A program made the position numbers and the translations under genes. A stretch of 64,000 nt of DNA from Frateuria sp. GTDB taxonomy: Bacteria > Pseudomonadota > Gammaproteobacteria > Xanthomonadales > Rhodanobacteraceae. The stretch covers positions 1,107 to 65,106 of the forward strand of contig NZ_DASSES010000105.1 in NCBI RefSeq assembly GCF_035695185.1, read 5' to 3'. The notes beneath the pieces were generated by a model. The model did not search any database and had not been told where the DNA came from. It saw nothing but the letters and a program-made list of their open reading frames with translations. Numbering within the stretch: the stretch's first letter is position 1; the number at the start of each line of letters is the position of its first letter. Positions 24,141-36,463 of the stretch are shown here, piece by piece.

Positions 24141-26696
24141 TCACTCCCCGCCCAGCTTCCCGATCACGTTCTCCAGGCTCTGCCGGACCTCGTCGATGCC
24201 CGCCCACGGATCCTTGCGCAACCGTTTCAGCCGCGCCGGCACGCTGCGGATGTCGAACTGCGCGCCGCTCTTGATCCTGCCCAGTTCCTCCCAGCGCAGC
24301 GGCACCGCCACCGGCGCGCCTGGCCGCCCGCGCAATGAATAGGACGCCACCGCCGTGGCGCCGCGCCCGTTGCGCAGGTAGTCGACGAAGATCTTCCGGT
24401 TGCGTATCGACTTGGTGCTGACCGCCACGAACTCCAGCGGATGGATGCCCGCCAGTGCACCGGCGAAGCCCTGCGCGAACTGCTTGACCGTACCCCAGTC
24501 CGACGGCGGATCGAGCGGTACCACCACGTGCAGCCCCTTGCCGCCGGTGGTGCGCAGGAACGACTGGAGATCGAGGTCCGCGAGCAGCTTGCGCACCAGC
24601 CGCGCGGCGGCGACCACGCGTGACCATGCCACGTCGGGCCCGGGGTCCAGGTCGAACACCACCCGGTCGGCGAGGTCCGGCGTGTCGACCCTGGCGCCCC
24701 AGGGGTGGAATTCCAGCGTGCCGTACTGCACCAGCTCCATCACCGAATCGGCGGATTGCGGGTAGAGGTAGACCGCCGACGCGCCCGTCTCTTCCTTCAA
24801 CTTCACGCTGCCGACGAACTTCAGGCCGCCGGAGGGAATGTGTTTCTGGAAGAACGAGGGTTTGTCGATCCCCTCGGGGAAACGGATGATCGAGGTCGGC
24901 CGGTTGATCACGCCGGGCAGGAACCAGTCCATCACCGCGCGGTAGTAATCGGCCACGTCCTGCTTGGTGTAGCCGTCGGCCGGATAGACCACGCGTTCGG
25001 GGTGGGTGAGGGTGATGCCCGTGGACCCGGCGGCCGCGGATTTGCGCGTGGAGGGCCTGCGCCTGGCGGCGGTGGCTGTGGGCGCGGCGCGGTCGCTGTC
25101 GCGCAGGTCGGCCGGGCTCTTGTCCGGGCGCATGGCCTTCAGGCTCGGCTGGCGCAGCAGGCCCTGGTTGCCGATGCCGCGGTAGTTCACCTCCGCCACC
25201 GCGGTGGGCTCGATCCAGGTGACACCGCGCCCCGCGTCCTCGGGGTTGCGCACGGTCGGCTTGCTGCTCCCGCCGGTGGCCAGCGTGCGGCTCAGGTCGA
25301 GCAGTTGCCGATGGCTGAAACCGCTGCCGACCTGGCCCATGAAGTGCCAGCCGCCGTCCGGTGCCGGCCTGGCGAGCAGCAGTGCGCCGAAGCCCTTGCG
25401 CCCGCCCTTGGGCGCGGTGTAGCCGACTACCGCGAATTCGTCGGACTCCACGCGCTTGATCTTCAGCCAGTCGTCGCCACGGCCGGCGCGGTAGGGAGAG
25501 TCCACGCGCTTGCTGAGGATGCCCTCGAGCTTCTGCGCGCTGGCCATGGTGAACACCTGGTCGCCGTTGCCCACCACGTGGCTGCTGTAGGAAAGGTGCG
25601 CCGGCGCATCCTCCAGCAATACCTCGAGGATCGCCTTGCGCACGTGCAACGGCGTGTTGGAGAGGTCGTAGCCCTCCAGGTACGGCAGGTCGAACAGCAT
25701 GTAGGCCAGTGGCGCGTTGGCCTCGCCCGAGAGGGTTTTCTGCAGGGCATTGAAATCCGCCTGGCCGTCTGCGCTCAGGGCGATCAGCTCACCGTCCAGG
25801 CGTGCCGACCCGATACCGAGCGATTCGATCGCCTGGCGGATGTCGGGGATCTTGTCCGACCACGTCAGCCCGTTGCGCGACCACAGCTCGACCCGGCCAT
25901 CGGCCACGGTGGCGAGAATGCGGTAGCCGTCCCACTTCACCTCGTGCAGCCACTGCTCGCCGGCGGGCGGGTTCTCGCGCAGGATCGCCAGCTCCGGCTT
26001 GAAGAACTCACCGCTGGGCCTGGCCTTCCTCGCGCCCTGCGCCGCGGCGGCCAGTTTGCCGGCCTTGCTGGCGCGGTGGCCGGCGGCCGGCACCTGCTTG
26101 CGCTTGCGCGTGTCCAGCGTCGCGGCGACCTCCTTCGCGCCGCCGGAGCGGCCGGCGGCGGCGCGGGTGCTGGCGATCATGCGCTCGTCGAGCAGGTCGT
26201 CCGCCTCCACGTCGCCGGCGTAGGCGTCCTTGTCGTGCATCAGGAACCACTGCGGCTGCCTGGCCGGCTTGCCGCTGCGCACCAGGTGCCAGCTGCCCTT
26301 GAGCCGGGTGCCGAACAGCTCGAAGCGCAGGTGGCCTTTCTCCAGCTGCGCCTCCGGATCGTACGGAGTGGACCACACACCGGTGTCGAAGGTGTCGACG
26401 TGGCCACCGCCGTAGGCGCCGGCCGGAATGTCGCCCTGGAACGTGGCGTAGGAAATCGGGTGGTCTTCCACCTCCACAGCCAGGCGCTTGACCTCCGGGT
26501 CGTAGCTCGGCCCCTTGGGGCAGGCCCAGGACTTCAGCGTATCGCCCACCTGCAGCCGGAAGTCGTAGTGCCGGCGACTGGCGTGATGCAGTTGCACCAC
26601 GAAGATGGGTCGCCCGCCCTGCGCCGCCGAGCCCTCCGAACGTGGTTCGGGCGTGGTGTCGAAGCGTCGCTTGCGATCGTATTCCCTGAGGCTCAA
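24141..26696 (-). CDS. ligD: Multidomain NHEJ DNA ligase LigD (phosphoesterase-ligase-polymerase)
   Basis: 851 aa. The N-terminal PE domain has FVVQLHHASRRHYDFRLQ. The ligase adenylation motif is EVKWDGYR. The C-terminal primase-polymerase domain has VVFDLDPGPD. Confidence 0.93.
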   Translation of the reverse strand: MSLREYDRKRRFDTTPEPRSEGSAAQGGRPIFVVQLHHASRRHYDFRLQVGDTLKSWACPKGPSYDPEVKRLAVEVEDHPISYATFQGDIPAGAYGGGHVDTFDTGVWSTPYDPEAQLEKGHLRFELFGTRLKGSWHLVRSGKPARQPQWFLMHDKDAYAGDVEADDLLDERMIASTRAAAGRSGGAKEVAATLDTRKRKQVPAAGHRASKAGKLAAAAQGARKARPSGEFFKPELAILRENPPAGEQWLHEVKWDGYRILATVADGRVELWSRNGLTWSDKIPDIRQAIESLGIGSARLDGELIALSADGQADFNALQKTLSGEANAPLAYMLFDLPYLEGYDLSNTPLHVRKAILEVLLEDAPAHLSYSSHVVGNGDQVFTMASAQKLEGILSKRVDSPYRAGRGDDWLKIKRVESDEFAVVGYTAPKGGRKGFGALLLARPAPDGGWHFMGQVGSGFSHRQLLDLSRTLATGGSSKPTVRNPEDAGRGVTWIEPTAVAEVNYRGIGNQGLLRQPSLKAMRPDKSPADLRDSDRAAPTATAARRRPSTRKSAAAGSTGITLTHPERVVYPADGYTKQDVADYYRAVMDWFLPGVINRPTSIIRFPEGIDKPSFFQKHIPSGGLKFVGSVKLKEETGASAVYLYPQSADSVMELVQYGTLEFHPWGARVDTPDLADRVVFDLDPGPDVAWSRVVAAARLVRKLLADLDLQSFLRTTGGKGLHVVVPLDPPSDWGTVKQFAQGFAGALAGIHPLEFVAVSTKSIRNRKIFVDYLRNGRGATAVASYSLRGRPGAPVAVPLRWEELGRIKSGAQFDIRSVPARLKRLRKDPWAGIDEVRQSLENVIGKLGGE

Positions 26697-26879
26697 CCGG
26701 TGGCTCCGCGAAGGCTACCGGCTTGTTGTGGCACCGGGATCGTGAACCCCGGGTGGAATGGCCGACGCCGGCCGGGGTGCGCGAGGGGCCGCCGCTGTCC
26801 GGCGGGCACGACCAACGGCACTTCTGGCCGGACGCGGAGCGGGACAGAGTGCCGCTCCCTTCATCCAGGTGGATCCGCC

Positions 26880-27920
26880 ATGCGTTCGCTGCTCGTTGCC
26901 CTCGCCTTCTTCCTCGGCCTGTCCGTCGTGCCGCTGCGCGCACAGGCCGGCGAGGCCCGGCACGATGCCGTGATCAACGGCGTACGCCTGGCCTACTGGA
27001 CCTCGCGGCCGATCGGGCGGACCGACGTGCCGGTGCTGTTCCTGCACGGCGGGCCGGGCTACAACTCCTACAGCTTCCGCATGACGGCGGGGCAGGCGCT
27101 GGATGCGCGTTACCCGATGGTCTACCTGGACGAACGCGGCAGCGGCGAAAGCGAGCGGCCCTGGCGCGGCGACTATGCACTGCCCACCCTGGTCGAGGAC
27201 ATCGAGGGTCTGCGCCGGCGGCTGGGAGTCCGGCGGATGGTGGTCGCCGGGCACAGCTTTGGAGGCACCCTGGCGGTGGAATACGCGCAGACGCATCCGG
27301 AGCACGTGGCACGTTTGATCCTGATCGATGCCGCGGTGGACCTGCCGGGCGCGATGGAAAGCTGGGTGCACACGCTGGCCACGCAGTTCCCCGCGGCGTA
27401 CGCGGCGGCCGAGCGCTCGGCCGCCGGCAAGGCCTTGCGTGCCGTGCCGCCCGGCGACACCTGTGCGCTGGCACGCGCCCGCATGGCCTTCGTCGGCGCC
27501 GGCACGGCCACCCTGCCGCGGGGGCGCGTGTTCCACGATCGCCAGCAGTTCCACGAGCCGGCCGCGAAGGCGGAGCAGGAGCGGCTGGACGCGCAGAGCG
27601 GTTTGCGCAACACGGGCGAGATCGGCGCGGCGTTGATGGCCCCGGGCTCGGGCTTCATCTGCTATTCGGTCACCCATCCGGAGCGGCTGCGCATGCCCAC
27701 GCTGGTCCTGGTAGGCGCGCACGACCGGGCGGTGGGCGTCGCGCCGCAGCGCGCGCTGGCCAATCGCCTGGCGGATGCGACGCTGGTGGTTTTCCCCGAC
27801 AGCGCGCACTTCCCCTACCAGGAGGAACCGGCGGCGTTCCTGCAGGCGGTGGACCGGTTCATGGGGCGGGGTGCGTCAGTGGCGTCGAAGCCGGATCACG
27901 TGCCGATGCGCCGCCGCTAA
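26880..27920 (+). CDS. Secreted alpha/beta hydrolase (proline iminopeptidase-like)
   Basis: Start at ATG 26880 (MRSLLVALAFFLGLSVVPLRAQA) at the end of the giant shadow ORF 24705..27920. Motifs are FLHGGPG and the nucleophile elbow AGHSFGG. Confidence 0.85.
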   Translation: MRSLLVALAFFLGLSVVPLRAQAGEARHDAVINGVRLAYWTSRPIGRTDVPVLFLHGGPGYNSYSFRMTAGQALDARYPMVYLDERGSGESERPWRGDYALPTLVEDIEGLRRRLGVRRMVVAGHSFGGTLAVEYAQTHPEHVARLILIDAAVDLPGAMESWVHTLATQFPAAYAAAERSAAGKALRAVPPGDTCALARARMAFVGAGTATLPRGRVFHDRQQFHEPAAKAEQERLDAQSGLRNTGEIGAALMAPGSGFICYSVTHPERLRMPTLVLVGAHDRAVGVAPQRALANRLADATLVVFPDSAHFPYQEEPAAFLQAVDRFMGRGASVASKPDHVPMRRR

Positions 27921-28014
27921 CGCGCACTTTCCTAGCCTGTCGGCGTGGCCTGCGGGACCCACCGGATTCCCGTCCGGCCACGCCACGACCATCCGGTCTG
28001 CGACAGGAGAACCC

Positions 28015-28194
28015 ATGCGCCCCGACCACCAGAAATTGAACGCACAGCACAAGGAAGGCCTGAAAAACGACGCCAAGGACATCGAGAACCGTCGCCAGCC
28101 CCAGGCGGCCTCCAGGCAGGGCTACCACGAGCAGGGCAGCGGGCAGGGCCTGGTCCGCCGCCACGACGGCGACCGGGACAACAAGCGCGGCTAG
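28015..28194 (+). CDS. Small hydrophilic protein (59 aa), hypothetical
   Basis: An AGGAGA SD lies 5 nt upstream of ATG 28015. The sequence is MRPDHQKLNAQHKEGLKNDAKDIENRRQPQAASRQGYHEQGSGQGLVRRHDGDRDNKRG. Confidence 0.5.
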   Translation: MRPDHQKLNAQHKEGLKNDAKDIENRRQPQAASRQGYHEQGSGQGLVRRHDGDRDNKRG

Positions 28195-28224
28195 CCCCGC
28201 GAGACAGCCGGGCCGTTCCGTCGG

Positions 28225-28887
28225 TCAGTCCCGATCGGGTGCGCCGAGCGGGAAGTAGGCGCGATAGGGGCGGCCTTCGTCCACCGCGCGTGCGACCGAC
28301 GGGCGGGCCAGCAGGCGCGCGCGGTAGGCGAGCACGTTGGCGAACGCGCGGTCGATCGGATGCGTCCAGTCGGCGTAGAACAGGAAGGGTGCCGCGGCGC
28401 AGTCGGCCAGGCTGAAACCGTCGCCGGCGGCCCACTCGCGACCGGCCATGTGCCGGTCCAGCCAGGCGTAGGCCGTCTCCAGCATGGACCTGGCCTCGGT
28501 CACGCCGTAGGCGTCGCGGACGCTTTCCGGACGCAGGCTGTCGAACACCACCTTCTGCACCGGCGTGGATACGTAGTTGTCGAACACGCGGTCGAGCATG
28601 CGCACCTCCAGCGCCGCTCCGGCGTCCGCGGGAATCAGCCGCACCGGTCCGGGATGGTGCAGCTGGAGGTGTTCGACGATGCAGCTGGCTTCCAGGATCG
28701 TCCGGCCATGGTCGACCAGCAGCGGAAAGCGCCGCATCGGCCACAGTGCCGCCAGTTCCTCGTTCGCCTCGGGCTGTTCCAGCGAGCGGTATTCGAATGC
28801 GGTGCCGTTCTCGTAGAGGGCGACGAGCACCTTCTGCGAGTAGGAAGAAAACGGGTGGGCGTAGAGGCGGGGCAGGCTCGCGGGCAT
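28225..28887 (-). CDS. Glutathione S-transferase
   Basis: Start at ATG 28887 (MPASLPRLYAHPFSSYSQKVLVAL...). It has an N-terminal thioredoxin-like domain and a C-terminal helical GST domain. Confidence 0.85.
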   Translation of the reverse strand: MPASLPRLYAHPFSSYSQKVLVALYENGTAFEYRSLEQPEANEELAALWPMRRFPLLVDHGRTILEASCIVEHLQLHHPGPVRLIPADAGAALEVRMLDRVFDNYVSTPVQKVVFDSLRPESVRDAYGVTEARSMLETAYAWLDRHMAGREWAAGDGFSLADCAAAPFLFYADWTHPIDRAFANVLAYRARLLARPSVARAVDEGRPYRAYFPLGAPDRD

Positions 28888-28963
28888 GGTGGGCTCCAGG
28901 TGGTCTGCCTCCACGACGAACCGCCGCCGCGGGATTCGACACGCGGGCGTTGCACCCGATGCG

Positions 28964-29512
28964 TCAGTCGCGCACGCGTGCCGGGTTGCCGACCACGGTG
29001 GCGCCTTCGGGTACGTCACGGGTGACCACGCTGCCCGCGCCAACCAGCGCGTCGTCTCCCACGCTGACCCCGGGCAGGATCAGCGCGCCGGCACCGATCC
29101 AGACGTTGCTGCCGATCCGCACCGGCCGGCCGAACTCCAGGCCGGTCGCGCGCCTGGCCGGGTCACGCGGGTGGTCGGCGGCAAGGATCTGCACGCCCGG
29201 GCCGATCTGCGTGCGCTCGCCGATCCGCACGTCGACCACGTCCAGGATGACGCAATGGAAGTTCAGGAAGGCGCCGGCCCCCAGGTGGATGTTGAAGCCG
29301 TAGTCGCAGTGGAAAGGCGGGCGGATCACCGCCCCGTCGCCCACCGTGGCGAGGCGTTCCCTGAGCAGGGCGTGCCAGCGCACGGGGCCATCGGCCAGCG
29401 CGGCGTTGTAGCGGGCCAGCCAGCGGTGGTTGGCGGCCAGTTCCGCCTGCAGCTCCGGTGCGCTGGCGTCATAGAGCTCGCCTGCCAGCATCTTCTGCCT
29501 TTCGCTGCGCAC
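28964..29512 (-). CDS. Sugar O-acetyltransferase (maltose/galactoside acetyltransferase-like, left-handed beta-helix)
   Basis: MLAGELYDASAPEL Mac N-terminal motif. Hexapeptide repeats are NVWIGAGALILPGVSVGDDALVGAGSVV. Confidence 0.85.
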   Translation of the reverse strand: MRSERQKMLAGELYDASAPELQAELAANHRWLARYNAALADGPVRWHALLRERLATVGDGAVIRPPFHCDYGFNIHLGAGAFLNFHCVILDVVDVRIGERTQIGPGVQILAADHPRDPARRATGLEFGRPVRIGSNVWIGAGALILPGVSVGDDALVGAGSVVTRDVPEGATVVGNPARVRD

Positions 29513-29519
29513 GCGCCGG

Positions 29520-29816
29520 TCAGTCCTTCAGCGCGCCTTCCTTCGGATCGCTCGCGGCGTACACCGAGTCCGGGTACTCGGCGGCGTGCGGGTGTTTCAG
29601 GGCCTGGCGCACGGCCTGCGGCAGGTGGTCGACGTCCAGGATCACCTTGCCTTCGTGCACTTCGCGGATGGCGTCAGCCGGCAGCGTGAAGTCGCCGCCG
29701 TTCTCGATGTTGACGACCAGTTCCCTGCTGTCGGCATGGACTTCGCGCACGGCGCCCACGCCCAGTTCGCCGTCGGCGACGAACACCATGAAGCCCGGTT
29801 CGATCGGTTCTTGCAT
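29520..29816 (-). CDS. Small hypothetical protein (98 aa)
   Basis: MQEPIEPGFMVFVADGELGVGAVREVHADSRELVVNIENGGDFTLPADAIREVHEGKVILD. The track ORF starts at GTG 29843. The family was not recognised with confidence. Confidence 0.5.
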   Translation of the reverse strand: MQEPIEPGFMVFVADGELGVGAVREVHADSRELVVNIENGGDFTLPADAIREVHEGKVILDVDHLPQAVRQALKHPHAAEYPDSVYAASDPKEGALKD

Positions 29817-29881
29817 GAGACTGACCTCGCTGGGGGAGACCACCCCAGTGTGGCGCCCCGGCTGTGCGGGCCGGGTGACGG

Positions 29882-30397
29882 TCAGGGCGCCACCTCGCGC
29901 ACCAGCAACGCGGCGAGTGCGCGCCTGTGCGGCACGCCAATGCCGTTGGGCTCGCCGCGCACGTAGTGGGTCACGTGCGGCACGGGGTCGGCGAAGGCCT
30001 GGCCCAGCTGGCCGGCAAGTTCGTCGCGGAAGGCGTGCATCGCGGGCAGGTCCAGGTACTCGATCAGCGACCAGCTGTCGGGTGTGCCGGCATCACCGGA
30101 GCCGGCCTTGTGCAGCAGGGCATAGCGGCCGCTGCGCCGCGGCCTCCAGGACAGCGATTCGTACAGCGCTCGCAGCCTTGCCACGCCCAGTCCGGCGGCC
30201 GCGGCGCGGGACATCTCCTGGCTCAGCACGGTGGCGTGGAATTCGGCCTTGCGTCGAAGCCGCACTCCGTCGAATTCGCAGGCATCCCCGAAGGGCGTGG
30301 CCATCCGCGCGGCCGGCAGCGGCAGCACGAACGCACGCTCCGGCGAGAATCCGGGCCAGGGAAGGGCGGGAAGGCGGGCTTCGTCCATGCGGCGCAT
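29882..30397 (-). CDS. Hypothetical protein with two HxT motifs (possible 2H phosphoesterase superfamily)
   Basis: 171 aa. Contains FHATVL and PHVTHY about 90 residues apart, the spacing and pattern of the 2H (LigT/CPDase) fold. The start could be 30397 or 30388. Confidence 0.45.
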   Translation of the reverse strand: MRRMDEARLPALPWPGFSPERAFVLPLPAARMATPFGDACEFDGVRLRRKAEFHATVLSQEMSRAAAAGLGVARLRALYESLSWRPRRSGRYALLHKAGSGDAGTPDSWSLIEYLDLPAMHAFRDELAGQLGQAFADPVPHVTHYVRGEPNGIGVPHRRALAALLVREVAP

Positions 30398-30518
30398 GCT
30401 CGGGTGGCAGGCGTCGAGGATGGGCGAACGCAGGCCCGTTGTCGCCTCGCCGGGGCGGGGACTCAGGCTGCCGGCATCCTGTACGCTCAGCGCATTTCAG
30501 GTCGACCTGCCAGGAACC

Positions 30519-31793
30519 ATGGACCCCAACGCCCCCGCGCACATCGGCATCATCGGACTGGGATACGTCGGCCTGCCGCTGGCGGTGGAGTTCGGGCGGC
30601 GCTTCGACACGCTCGGCTACGACATCGACGCCGCGCGCGTGGCGGAACTGCGCGACGGCAACGACCACACGCTGGAGACCTCGCCCGACCAGTTGCGCGC
30701 CGCCACGCGCCTGTCGTTCACCGGGCGCGCCGCGGACCTCGCGCCGTGCAACGTGTACATCGTCACCGTGCCCACGCCCATCGACGAGGCGCAGCGGCCG
30801 GACCTCAAGCCCCTGGAGGCGGCCTGCCGCATGCTCGGCCCGCTGCTGAAGCGCGGCGACCTGGTGGTGTTCGAGTCGACCGTGTACCCGGGCACCACCG
30901 AGGAAGTCTGCGTGCCGCTGCTGGCCGAGGGATCGGGCCTGGCCTTCAATAACGACTTCTTCTGCGGCTACAGCCCGGAGCGGATCAACCCGGGCGATCA
31001 CGCGCGGCGGGTGACCGACATCGTCAAGCTCACCTCCGGCTCGACGCCGGCCGCGGCCGAGCGGGTGGACGCGCTTTACCGCACGATCATCCGCGCGGGC
31101 ACGCACAAGACCTCATCGATTCGCGTGGCCGAGTCGGCCAAGGTGATCGAGAACGTGCAGCGCGACGTCAACATCGCCCTGGTCAACGAGCTGGCGCTGA
31201 TCTTCCACCGGCTGGGCATCGATACCGAGGAAGTGCTCGCCGCCGCGGGCACCAAATGGAACTTCCTGCCGTTCCGGCCGGGCCTGGTCGGCGGTCACTG
31301 CATCGGCGTGGACCCGTACTACCTGACCCACAAGGCCGAGATCACCGGTTACCACCCCGAGCTGATCCTGGCCGCGCGGCGCATCAACAGCCGCATGGGC
31401 AGCTACGTGGCCGACCGGGTGATCCGCCTGATGAGCGAGCGGCGCCTGCACATCGTCGATGCGCGCGTGCTGGTGCTGGGCTTCGCCTTCAAGGAGAACT
31501 GCCCGGACCTGCGCAACACGCGGGTGATCGACATCGTGCGCGAGCTGGAATCCTCCGCCGCCCAGGTGGACGTGTACGACCCCTGGGTGGACGCGGCCGA
31601 AGCCGAGCGGGCCTACCGCGTGCGGCTGGTGGAACAGCCGGGCGAGGGCTACGACGCGATCATCGTGGCGGTGGCGCACCGGCAGTTCCAGGAGCTTGGC
31701 GCCGAACGCATCCGCGCGCTGGGCAAGCCGGGGGCGGTGATCTACGACGTCAAGTCGGTGCTGCCGCAGCAAGCTGTCGACGGCCGGTTGTAA
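30519..31793 (+). CDS. Nucleotide-sugar dehydrogenase (UDP-glucose/GDP-mannose dehydrogenase family)
   Basis: Start at ATG 30519 ([25 protein letters not shown]), a Rossmann GxGxxG motif. The catalytic Cys region is [16 protein letters not shown]. Confidence 0.9.
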   Translation: MDPNAPAHIGIIGLGYVGLPLAVEFGRRFDTLGYDIDAARVAELRDGNDHTLETSPDQLRAATRLSFTGRAADLAPCNVYIVTVPTPIDEAQRPDLKPLEAACRMLGPLLKRGDLVVFESTVYPGTTEEVCVPLLAEGSGLAFNNDFFCGYSPERINPGDHARRVTDIVKLTSGSTPAAAERVDALYRTIIRAGTHKTSSIRVAESAKVIENVQRDVNIALVNELALIFHRLGIDTEEVLAAAGTKWNFLPFRPGLVGGHCIGVDPYYLTHKAEITGYHPELILAARRINSRMGSYVADRVIRLMSERRLHIVDARVLVLGFAFKENCPDLRNTRVIDIVRELESSAAQVDVYDPWVDAAEAERAYRVRLVEQPGEGYDAIIVAVAHRQFQELGAERIRALGKPGAVIYDVKSVLPQQAVDGRL

Positions 31794-31908
31794 GCCGCCG
31801 ACCCCGCACCCGGGCCGTTCCGCCGCGGCGAAAGGACCGGTTCAGTCCGGTTGACCTTGAATCGTCTAATCCGTACCATTTTGGTCTGGATTCGACGAGG
31901 CTTTCCCC

Positions 31909-32360
31909 TTGCTTCGCGTCAGTCGCCTCACCGATTACGCCACGGTGGTGATGACCTGCATTGCCGCCCATCCGCACGACGTGCTCAGCACGGCGCAGAT
32001 CGCCGACGAGACGCGGCTGGAAGGGCCGACCGTGAGCAAGCTGCTGAAGTCGCTGGGCCATGCCGGCCTGGTCGAATCGTTCCGCGGCGTCAACGGCGGC
32101 TACCGGCTGGCGCGACCGGCGCGCGAGATCAGCCTGGCGCAGATCGTCGAGGCGATGGAAGGGCCGATCGGCATGACCGAATGCAGCGTCGAAGGGCAGT
32201 GTGGCCGCGAGTCGCAATGCGGCGTGCGCGGCAGCTGGCGGCGCATCAGCAGCGTGCTGGACAACGCGCTGCGCGCGGTCAGCCTGGCCGACATGCTGCA
32301 ACCGCCGCGCCCGGCGGTGGCCACCGTGGCGCTGAGCGAACTGAAGGGCAGGACCCACGC

Positions 32361-32364
<4 letters not shown>
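31909..32364 (+). CDS. Rrf2-family transcriptional regulator (IscR-like, SUF regulator)
   Basis: TTG start. The HTH is [15 protein letters not shown]...[22 protein letters not shown]. The Cys cluster [13 protein letters not shown] has C-x5-C-x5-C spacing, as in the IscR cluster ligands. It overlaps the sufB start. Confidence 0.85.
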
Positions 32365-33835
<1,471 letters not shown>

Positions 33836-33839
<4 letters not shown>

Positions 33840-34255
33840 CCACGGCCGCGACCAGCACGCACCCCGGCGGCACCGACCTGCAGGCCTTGCTGGCGGGACT
33901 GAACCCGCGCCTGCATCCGATGCCGCGGCGGTTCCTGTTCGTTTCGCACGAGAAGGCCGCCGCGCGCCTGCATGAAGCGCTGATGATGTTCCGCGAGGAC
34001 GAGGGCGTCACGCTGATCGTCGACCACGACCTGGAAGGCGCCGAAGTGGTCGCCGACCGCCTGCTGTGGGCGCAGATCACGCTCGGCGTCGAATCCAGTC
34101 TCGACGCGGTCGGCATGATGGCCGCCGTCTCCGCCGCGCTCGCCGCGCGCGGCATCTCCTGCAACCCGGTTTCCGCGTTCCTGCACGACCACGTGTTCGT
34201 GCCCTGGGACCGTCGCGAGGACGCGCTCGACGCGCTCGCGCACCTCTCCGCCTGA
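33836..34255 (+). CDS. ACT-domain protein (ACT_7/DUF2241-like) inserted between sufB and sufC
   Basis: ATG 33836 overlaps the sufB stop (ATGA). The sequence reads ...[14 protein letters not shown]...[46 protein letters not shown]. Confidence 0.7.
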
Positions 34256-34265
34256 TGGAAAGACC

Positions 34266-35029
<764 letters not shown>

Positions 35030-35033
<4 letters not shown>

Positions 35034-36331
35034 ACCAGCCGGCCCGCCCGCCGTTCGTCGCCGCCCTGGCCGACGCGCCGCTGCCGGCCAGCGGCATCGC
35101 CTGGCTGGACCAGGCGCGCCGCGAGAACCTCGACGCTTTTGTCGCCGCCGGCCTGCCGGACACGCGGGTGGAGGCATGGAAGTACACCGCGCTGCGCGCG
35201 CTGGCGCAGCGCAGTTTCGTTGCCGGCGATGGGCAGGCGGCCGGGCGTCCGGTCGATCGGGCCGCCCTGGCGCTTCCCGGCGTCGACGGACCCACGCTGG
35301 TGTTCGTCAACGGCGCGTTCCGGGCGGATCTTTCAGCACTCGATGCCCTGCCGGAAGGGGTGAGCCTGCTACCGCTGTCGCGTGCGCTGACCGAGGATCC
35401 GGAAACGTTGCGCTTCGCCTTGTCGCGGCATTACCGCGAGCCGGGCGACGCGTTCGCGCGGATCAATGGTGCTTTTGCCGCCGACGGTGCGGTGCTGCGC
35501 GTTGCCGACCGGGCCAGGATCGCCACGCCGTTGCGCCTGGTGTTCGTCGGCGCCGCAGCCGATCACGACCTGGCCTGGCACGTGCGCAACCTCGTCGAGG
35601 TGGGCGAGGGCGCCGAGATCACGCTGGTCGAGCAGCACCTGGATGCCGGCGGGCAAGCGCACCTGGGAACCCAGCTTGCCGAACTCACCCTGCGCGCCGA
35701 TGCGGTCCTGCACCACGTGGTGCTGCAACAGGCGGGCGCCAGCAGCCTGGTCCGGCGCAGCCACTACCGGCTGGACACGCGCACCCGGGCGCACCTGCAC
35801 GTGCTGGAGCTCGGTGGTGCATTGGCCCGGCATGACCTGTGGGCGGAGCTGGTCGGTGATGCGGCCGCCTTCCACACGCATGGCGCCTTCCTGCCCGACG
35901 GCCGCCAGCACGTGGACACCCAGCTGGCGATCCACCACCGCGCGCGCGACACCGTGTCGTCCTCGACCTGGCGCGGCGTGGCCAGCGGCCGCGGGCGTGG
36001 CGTGTTCCGTGGCGCGATCGTGGTGAACGCCGGTGCCGATGGGGCCGACGCCTCGCTCAACAACAAGAACCTGCTGCTCTCGCCACAGGCCGAGATCGAC
36101 ACCAAGCCGGAGCTGGAGATCTACGCCGACGAGGTGAAGGCCGCGCACGGCGCCACGGTCGGCCAGCTCGACGAGCGTGCGCTCTTCTACCTGCGCTCGC
36201 GCGGCATTCCCGGCGCGCAGGCGCGCACGTTGCTGACCTCCGCGTTCGCCCGCGCCCCGTTCGAGTCGCTGCCGCACCAGGCGCTGCGCGAGCATATCGA
36301 CCAGCTGCTGCTGTCCCGGCTTCCCGCGTGA
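35030..36331 (+). CDS. sufD: Fe-S cluster assembly protein SufD
   Basis: 433 aa. Overlaps the sufC stop. The C-terminal beta-helix has IYADEVKAAHGATVGQLDERALFYLRSRGI. Confidence 0.93.
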
Positions 36332-36463
36332 CTCTGCCTTCCCCGCCGGGCAGCGGACCGCGTCGCGGGCGGGGCCGGGCATGATCCCCTCGCGGGCAAA
36401 CCGAACTTTTCTTCACATCCGGCAGGCTAAAACCTCGTGATCCCTTCACAAAACGAGCCACCG

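Noticed and set aside
24705-26879. First 725 codons of the 1071-aa plus-strand ORF 24705..27920
   Set aside because: This stretch is antisense to ligD. Only the last 346 codons, from ATG 26880 with its signal peptide, form a credible alpha/beta hydrolase.
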